Under the pieces are notes generated by a model. It saw only the letters and a list, made by a program, of their open reading frames with translations, made no database searches and had not been told where the DNA came from. 64,000 bases of DNA, taken from contig CAWGBN010000009.1 of assembly GCA_963820825.1 (NCBI GenBank), positions 1 to 64,000 on the forward strand, read 5' to 3'. Positions 57,836 through 64,000 of the stretch are shown here, piece after piece. Within the stretch, counting starts at the first letter, position 1; every line of letters starts with the position of its first letter. A program made the translations under genes and the position numbers. This DNA is from Vulcanimicrobiota bacterium (lineage in GTDB: Bacteria; Vulcanimicrobiota; Vulcanimicrobiia; Vulcanimicrobiales; Vulcanimicrobiaceae).

Positions 57836-59055
57836 TATTCGCCGTCGTTCCCCAGCCGCTCGCGGCGGAACTCTTCGAGCTTGCGGATGAGCTCGGCATC
57901 GATCTCGTCGCCTTCGCCGGCGGGCGGCGCTTCGACGAGCTCAGTAACGGGCTGCTCGCTCGCCGCGCGCTCTTCCCGCTCGGCGAGATAGCGCTCGCGC
58001 GCCTGCGTCGATTCACTCTCCGTGGCAATGTCGAGGCGCCATCCCGTCAAGCGTGCCGCTAAGCGCACGTTTTGACCGTCGCGCCCGATCGCAAGCGAGA
58101 GCTGATAATCGGGGACGATCACCAGCGCGACCCCGTCGTCGTCGAAGAGCTCGACGCCGATCACTTTTGCCGGAGCGAGCGCGTTGGAGATAAACGTTGC
58201 AGGCGCCGGATCGTAGCGAATAATGTCGACCTTTTCGCCCCGAAGGTTATCGGTAACGTTGGCGATGCGGCTCGACTTCGGCCCGAAGCACGCCCCGATC
58301 GGATCGACCTCGGGTCGGTTGCTCTTGACGGCGACCTTCGAGCGGCTCCCCGGGTCGCGCGCGATCGCCATGATCTCGACGGTGCCGTCGGCGATCTCGG
58401 GAACTTCGAGCTCGAGCAATCGCTGCACGAGCCCTTCGGCCGCGCGCGAAAGAATCACCTGAGGTCCCTTCGGAGACTTCTTCACGTCGAGCACGTACGC
58501 CCGAATGAAGTCGTTGATGCGGTAAGCCTCGCCCGGTACTTGCTCGTCGAGATACATGACCGCTTCGTCGCGACCCTCGAGCGTAACGTACATGTTGCGC
58601 TGTTCGTACCGCTGAACCGTTCCCGTCACCAGGTCGTTGAGCTTGCGAACGTACTTGTTGTAAACGGTATCGCGCTCGGCTTCGCGGATGCGCTGCACGA
58701 TGACTTGCTTTGCGGTCTGCGCCGCGATGCGCCCGAAGTCTTTCGGCGTCACTTCTTGATCGTAGTAGTCGCCGATCTGGTATGGCGCGCCGGCCTCTTG
58801 CACGGAGATCTCGAGCTTCGGATCGGCAACTTCCTCGACGACCGCGCGCCGGTGAAATACGCGATACGCGCCGCTCTGGCGGTCGACGATGACGATGGCA
58901 TTCGACTCGCTTCCGAAATGCCGCTTGTATGCGGTCAGTAACGCCGCCTCGAGCGCTTCGAGCAGCATCTCGAACGAGATGTTGCGCTCTCGCGCAATGT
59001 ATTGAAGGACGTCGAGGAGTTTCTCCTCAGTTGCTGCGTTTTCTATCGTTGCCAT
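57835..59055 (-). CDS. nusA: Transcription factor NusA
   Basis: FGRIAAQTAKQV, AIGRDGQNVRLA. Confidence 0.97.
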   Translation of the reverse strand: MATIENAATEEKLLDVLQYIARERNISFEMLLEALEAALLTAYKRHFGSESNAIVIVDRQSGAYRVFHRRAVVEEVADPKLEISVQEAGAPYQIGDYYDQEVTPKDFGRIAAQTAKQVIVQRIREAERDTVYNKYVRKLNDLVTGTVQRYEQRNMYVTLEGRDEAVMYLDEQVPGEAYRINDFIRAYVLDVKKSPKGPQVILSRAAEGLVQRLLELEVPEIADGTVEIMAIARDPGSRSKVAVKSNRPEVDPIGACFGPKSSRIANVTDNLRGEKVDIIRYDPAPATFISNALAPAKVIGVELFDDDGVALVIVPDYQLSLAIGRDGQNVRLAARLTGWRLDIATESESTQARERYLAEREERAASEQPVTELVEAPPAGEGDEIDAELIRKLEEFRRERLGNDGE

Positions 59056-59569
59056 GCCTTTGTTTCCGTTCTCGTTTATCTCGTTTTAGATCCGCTCGCG
59101 GATCGAACTCCAAGTTTGCCGTTTTGATTGCCGCCAGCGGCAACAAGAGCTCGCCGCGTTCGGTTTCGACGACGACCGTCTCGCCGCGCAGACCGCGCAG
59201 AATCCCACGGTGCGTCTTGCCGCCGTCAATCGTCAGCGACGTGACGACGCGCGCACGTTCGCCGGCGAAGCGTTGGTAATCTTCGTGCCGAACGAGCGGG
59301 CGTTCGAGCCCCGCCGACTCGACTTCGAGCGAGTACGGCGCGTCGAGGCTGCCGAGACTCTCGTTGAGGCGCGCGGCGATGCGCTCGCAAAGCGCTAGGT
59401 CGACGCCCCCGGAACGATCGATCGTCACGCTCAATGCCGTCAAGCCGCGTACCGGTTGGGCACGGTGCGCGACGATCTCGAGTTCCGCGAAGGCCGGATC
59501 GTGTGCGATCGCGTCGAGCTCCCGCTCGAACGCCGCCGCAACCGCACCACCCCTGGAGACGCTACGCAT
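59027..59569 (-). CDS. rimP: Ribosome maturation factor RimP
   Basis: YSLEVESAGLERPL. Confidence 0.92.
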   Translation of the reverse strand: MRSVSRGGAVAAAFERELDAIAHDPAFAELEIVAHRAQPVRGLTALSVTIDRSGGVDLALCERIAARLNESLGSLDAPYSLEVESAGLERPLVRHEDYQRFAGERARVVTSLTIDGGKTHRGILRGLRGETVVVETERGELLLPLAAIKTANLEFDPRADLKRDKRERKQRHGNDRKRSN

Positions 59570-59598
59570 GATCTCGTTTGCCTGCTCTCTGAAGCAGC

Positions 59599-59623
59599 GA
59601 AGCGCGGGACGAACCCACGCTCC
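59599..59623 (-). promoter_or_regulatory. rimP-leader-like hairpin
   Basis: GAGCGTGGG-TTCGT-CCCGCGCTT hairpin ~30 nt before the rimP start. Confidence 0.5.
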
Positions 59624-59913
59624 TTAAGAAAACCATCCACAAGGATAGCGAAAATTGCGACGGGCCGCAACCCCACGTGGGCGCGGCCCCTCGCTCTCTC
59701 TATCTTTGCGATCGGCGCGCTGCCGGAAATCGTCCGGCTGGCGTGGGCGCGCGCTTGGCGCCCTAGTCGGCGCGTACTCGCGGGCTCAAGTGGCCCGGCG
59801 GATTTTGCGGTTCCAACCGCCCTCCTTCGTTTTTGACGAAGCGTGCCGGCCATTCCGGCACAATGGAATTCTAGTGCGACTTATGTCGAAATTCAAGAGG
59901 GAAACGCACGAGC

Positions 59914-61332
59914 TCACGGCGACGAAACGGCCGACGGTGCGAACGGTACGAGACGGCGCCCGTCGCATGGCTGCGAGACCATTCCGTCGACGATCGGCGC
60001 GATGCCCGAATCGAAGGGTGCCAGCGGCGGTGCCGCTTGCCCGGCGCCGCCAATCGCAATCTGTGTGCCGTTTGCCGGACCGGCATGCATGTTGCTTTGG
60101 ACGTTCCCTTGGCCGGCCGGCGCGTCGGCGTAACCGCCGCGTATCGGCTCCGGATACCGCACGAGCCAGCCGGTGCAGATCGTCGTCGGTCCGGCCTTGC
60201 GCGCAGCGATGACCCACATCTTGACGCGCTCTTCGTTGCCGGTGCCGCGCACCTCGTAAATGTACTTCGTCTTTGCCAGAACGTCGGGAGGCGGCGTCGG
60301 TTCCAGCCTCCCGCGAAGCGAGAGATTCGGCGTATAGGATCGGCTCGACGGATTCACCGGATTGTGCGGAAGCAGCGAGCGCAGCTTCGCGTTGATGTTC
60401 GGCGCGATCTTCGGCTTCGGTGCGGGCGTTACCGGAGCGGCGGGGAGCGGGGTCGGTTGAATTTCGATCGGACGCTGCGCGGCGGGCGCCTTCTTCGGCG
60501 CGTTTCCGGCGTGCGGTCCGGGTGAAGCGCCGCCGCTGGGTCCGGGAGCCGGCGCGGTGCCGGCGGTTCGTGCGACGGCCGTCGTGCTCGTTGGGCTTGG
60601 ATTCGGTACTCCCGAACGCGGCGCCGGGGCGAGCGAGGCGCGGGCGGCGGGCGCCGGACTCGCGCTCGGTAGGGCACTCGCGCGCGCGATCGCCGCTGCG
60701 GTCGGCGAGGCTTGCGGCAGCGCGGGCGCCGGGGTCGCGACATGCTCGGTCGAGCGTGCGACCGGTGAGGGGGGCTTCGGCGAAGGACGAGCCGATGGGG
60801 CGCTCGTCGGAACCGGCGAAGGCGCGGCGGTCGGCGGCGCTTTCAACGAGACCGCAACCGGACCGACCGTCGGAACGGTGACCGGCGCCGCGGGAATCTC
60901 CGTGCGCGGCTGCGTCTCGAAGATGTTCTGCGTCGGCTGGGGATTCGGTTGCGGCGTCTGCTGCGGGAGCGGGGGCGGATTCGGCGGCGCGTTCGGCGCG
61001 ATCTTCGCCAGCTCGTGGCGATTGACCGGAAGCCGCTGCGTCTGCGGCTGCGCCAGAGGCGCGTGACGAAGCGGCGCGACGACGTTCACGTGCGGAACGG
61101 GAACGACGGCCCGGATAGCGGCCGGTTGATTCGCGACGACAACCGGTGAGGTGCGCTCGAGCGTGATGACTTCTCCGCCTTGCACGCTCTCGGTCGCACC
61201 TTGTTCCGACGAACTGGTGAGCACGGCGAAGAGCAGCGCTGCAAGCAGCGCGTGCAGGAAGAGCGAGGCTAGGAAGCTCGCCGAAAGCCGTTCGCGATAT
61301 CGGGGATCCTTCGGATCGCGCTCGAATTTCAC
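59914..61332 (-). CDS. Single-pass Pro-rich protein (TonB/TolA-like architecture)
   Basis: N-terminal TM with SxxxH, ~300-aa Pro/Ala linker, small C-terminal domain. Confidence 0.6.
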   Translation of the reverse strand: MKFERDPKDPRYRERLSASFLASLFLHALLAALLFAVLTSSSEQGATESVQGGEVITLERTSPVVVANQPAAIRAVVPVPHVNVVAPLRHAPLAQPQTQRLPVNRHELAKIAPNAPPNPPPLPQQTPQPNPQPTQNIFETQPRTEIPAAPVTVPTVGPVAVSLKAPPTAAPSPVPTSAPSARPSPKPPSPVARSTEHVATPAPALPQASPTAAAIARASALPSASPAPAARASLAPAPRSGVPNPSPTSTTAVARTAGTAPAPGPSGGASPGPHAGNAPKKAPAAQRPIEIQPTPLPAAPVTPAPKPKIAPNINAKLRSLLPHNPVNPSSRSYTPNLSLRGRLEPTPPPDVLAKTKYIYEVRGTGNEERVKMWVIAARKAGPTTICTGWLVRYPEPIRGGYADAPAGQGNVQSNMHAGPANGTQIAIGGAGQAAPPLAPFDSGIAPIVDGMVSQPCDGRRLVPFAPSAVSSP

Positions 61333-61399
61333 TCGAGCCCTTAAGTGCGCTTAACCGAGCGCAGGAGCCTGCCGTCGGCGGTCGACAAGCCACGTTGTA

Positions 61400-62833
61400 A
61401 TGGAACCCATCCTGCAGAAACGCACGAAGATCGTCGCGACCGTCGGCCCCGCCTCGCGCGAACCCGCAATCCTGCGGTCGCTCTTCGTTTCGGGGGCGAA
61501 CGTCTTACGCTTGAACTTCTCCCACGGCGAACCCGAAGAGCATGCCACGGTGATCGACGCAGCGCGAAAAGTTTCGGCGGAACTCGGCATCCATACCGCG
61601 CTTTTACAAGACCTGCCCGGCCCCAAAGTGCGCACCGGACCGCTCGCCGGCGGCGTCAAATCGGTACGGCTCGAACGCGGCGCGCGCTTCGTCATCACCT
61701 CCGAGGCGGTCGCGGGAACTGCGGAGCGGGTCGGGACGACCTACCGCGACCTTGCAACCGACGTTGCCATCGGCAAGCGGATCTATCTTCAAGACGGACA
61801 AATAGCGCTGCTGGTCGTCGGAAAGAACGCGACCGAGATCGAGACGACGGTGGAGTTCGGCGGCGATCTGCGCTCGTCGGTCGGCATCAACTATCCCGAC
61901 GGCTCGCTCAATATCGCATCGGTCACGCCGCGCGACTTCGAGTATCTAGCGTTCGGGATCGAACACGGCGTCGACTACGTCGCCCTTTCGTTCGTGCGCT
62001 CCGCCGAAGACGTCGAACGCGCAAAAGCCTTCATCGCCGAACGTAACAAGCGCATTCCCGTCATCGCGAAGATCGAAAAACACGAAGCGCTCGCCGAACT
62101 CGATTCGATTATCGCTGCCGCCGACGGCATCATGGTCGCTCGCGGCGATCTCGGAATCGAGGTTCCGATCGAAACGGTGCCGATCATTCAGAAGGAGATC
62201 ATCGCGAAGTGCAACCGGGCCAGCAAACCGGTGGTCACCGCGACGCAAATGCTCGAGTCGATGATCTCCTCGCCGCGGCCCACGCGTGCCGAGGCGACCG
62301 ACGTTGCCAACGCCATCCTCGACGGTACCGATGCGGTTATGCTCTCGGCCGAGACGGCGATCGGCATCTATCCGACCGAGGCCGTTCGCACGATGGCCGA
62401 GATCGCGCGCGAGATCGAACGGTACTACCCGCACGCTTCGCTGCGCGACCGGCGACTGGAGAACATCGAACCGACCGTCGCTTCGTCGATCGCCGAGGCG
62501 GCGACGCGCGCGAGCGCGGAGCTGCAGATTCCCTTTATCGTTACCGGAACGACGACGGGGAATACGGCGCATCACCTCGCAGCGTTCCGTCCGCAGGCGC
62601 GCATCGTCGCGCTCACGCCCGAGCCGCAGGTCGCGCGACGCCTAGCGCTGCTCTGGGGAACCGAGGCGCTGCTGATCGATTCGTACTCCTCGATCGACGT
62701 TCTGCTTTACATGACCGAGCGGCACATGGTGCGCGAAGGACTCGTACGTTCCGGTGATCTGATCGCTTTTACGACGGGCATGCCGGTCGGATCCGGCGGC
62801 ACCAACGTGCTCAAGATCCACCCGATACCCTAG
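61400..62833 (+). CDS. pyk: Pyruvate kinase
   Basis: TKIVATVGP, ARGDLG, ATQMLESM. Confidence 0.97.
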   Translation: MEPILQKRTKIVATVGPASREPAILRSLFVSGANVLRLNFSHGEPEEHATVIDAARKVSAELGIHTALLQDLPGPKVRTGPLAGGVKSVRLERGARFVITSEAVAGTAERVGTTYRDLATDVAIGKRIYLQDGQIALLVVGKNATEIETTVEFGGDLRSSVGINYPDGSLNIASVTPRDFEYLAFGIEHGVDYVALSFVRSAEDVERAKAFIAERNKRIPVIAKIEKHEALAELDSIIAAADGIMVARGDLGIEVPIETVPIIQKEIIAKCNRASKPVVTATQMLESMISSPRPTRAEATDVANAILDGTDAVMLSAETAIGIYPTEAVRTMAEIAREIERYYPHASLRDRRLENIEPTVASSIAEAATRASAELQIPFIVTGTTTGNTAHHLAAFRPQARIVALTPEPQVARRLALLWGTEALLIDSYSSIDVLLYMTERHMVREGLVRSGDLIAFTTGMPVGSGGTNVLKIHPIP

Positions 62834-64000
62834 TCGACGCAACGCTGCCGAGCAGCGCGCGCGCGTGGCGAAGCGCGGCGTCGTGCGATTCGCCCGAGAG
62901 CATTCGGGCGATCTCGGCTTCGCGATCTTTGCGGGCGTCGATCGGACGTACGACGATCGTCGTTTCACGCTTCGCCTCGAGCTTGTCGAGCACGTAGTGC
63001 CGATCGGCCCACGTCGCGAGCTGCGCGAGATGCGTCACGCAGACGACCTGGCCGCGCCGTGCGAGCTCGCCGATGCGCGCGCCGACGGCGGTAGCGGTCG
63101 CGCCGCCGATTCCCGCATCGATTTCGTCGAAGACCAGCGCGCTGCGCGCGTCGCGCGCGCCGGCGAGCACGACCACGAGCGCGAGCAACACCCGCGAGAG
63201 CTCTCCGCCCGACGCGACCCGCTGCAACGGACGCGCCGACTCGCCCGCATTCGCGGCGAAGAGAAACTCGGCGCGTTCCGCGCCGTGGGGGCCGATGCGT
63301 TCGAGCGGCTCGGTCGCCACCTCGAAGCCGCCGGAGCCGAGCGCAAGATCGGCAAACTCGCCGAGGATCCGTTTGCGCAGCCTCGCCGCGGCGCGCTTAC
63401 GCAGCGCCGTCAGCGCGGTCGCCGCTTCGCGCAGTTCGCGATGTGCGGCTGCGACCTGCTCTTCGAGGGCAGCCGCGCGCCGGTCGCGCCCTTCGTACTC
63501 GTCGATCGTACCGCGCGCCGCCTGCGCCGTTGCTGCGATCGCTTCCATCGAGCCGCCATATTTGCGCTGCAGTCGCTCGATCGAATCGAGGCGTGCGTTG
63601 ATCGCGTCGAGCTCGGCCGGATCGTATTCGGCGCCGTCGAGCGCGCGAGCGACGTCGGCGGCAAGCTCCACCGCCTCTGACTGCAGCGCCGCCGAGCGTT
63701 CGGCCATCTCCTTGAGTGCCGCTTCGTACGGAGCGATATTGGCGAGCGCACTCGCCGCGGCGCCGAGCGCGCTGGTCGCGCCGCCTTCCTCGGCGGCGAG
63801 CGCCTCGCTTGCGACGTGCAGCGAGGTCGCGATTCGCTCGACGTTATCGAGGAAGCCGCGCCGCTCGGTCAACCGTTCGCTTTCGCCGTGCTCGAGTCGC
63901 GCCGCCTCGATCTCCTGCAGCGCAAAGGATGCGTCGTCGTAGCGTTCGCGCAGCCGCCGTTCGTCTTGGCTGAGCCGCGCCAGCAGTTCGGCCGCCGCTT
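62811..64000 (-). CDS. recN: DNA repair protein RecN (5' part outside window)
   Basis: ASGGELSR, FDEIDAGIGG, VTHLAQLA, EIARMLSG. Confidence 0.93.
   Translation of the reverse strand, partial: AAAELLARLSQDERRLRERYDDASFALQEIEAARLEHGESERLTERRGFLDNVERIATSLHVASEALAAEEGGATSALGAAASALANIAPYEAALKEMAERSAALQSEAVELAADVARALDGAEYDPAELDAINARLDSIERLQRKYGGSMEAIAATAQAARGTIDEYEGRDRRAAALEEQVAAAHRELREAATALTALRKRAAARLRKRILGEFADLALGSGGFEVATEPLERIGPHGAERAEFLFAANAGESARPLQRVASGGELSRVLLALVVVLAGARDARSALVFDEIDAGIGGATATAVGARIGELARRGQVVCVTHLAQLATWADRHYVLDKLEAKRETTIVVRPIDARKDREAEIARMLSGESHDAALRHARALLGSVASTRVSGGS

Noticed and set aside
59625..59860. Possible small gene upstream of rimP (AAGGAGG followed by TTG)
   Set aside because: The frame closes early and nothing is recognisable; cannot be supported without better sequence.

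Overview
High-GC bacterial chromosomal window. A Terrabacteria-type diderm such as Ca. Eremiobacterota is a plausible source, inferred from gene order and lipoprotein families and not proven. The read carries many single-base indels that split or falsely fuse genes, mainly at about 0.4-6.6, 13-27, 31 and 52-53 kb. The first ~8.5 kb is the right end of an integrative element. It carries two small ORFs (one Zn-finger/HNH-like), a ~1000-aa family B DNA polymerase with all exonuclease and polymerase motifs, an RxxxxH (HEPN-like) protein, a lipoprotein cut by an IS3-family IS, an excisionase and a tyrosine integrase. The element abuts the 3' end of a tRNA-Leu(UAA) gene, which itself contains a ~260-nt group I intron with a palindromic repeat in its P6 region. 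The remainder is mostly core genome: ppx, ftsB, accAD, hrcA-dnaJ-rsmE with a CIRCE, acs, two ECF sigma/anti-sigma pairs, a DinG-type helicase, add, tRNA-fMet, tdh-kbl, sbp-cysTWA, phoB/phoR-like genes with pstB, fbaB, the rimP-nusA-infB-rbfA-truB-ribF operon, pyk and partial recN. Two core-region oddities stand out. One is a tandem pair of 'copper-amine-oxidase N-domain + beta-barrel' porin-like genes, one behind a Pho-box-like repeat and one heading the sulfate operon. The other is a Clp ATPase with a Zn finger plus hydrophobic helix that lacks both the M-domain and the IGF loop.
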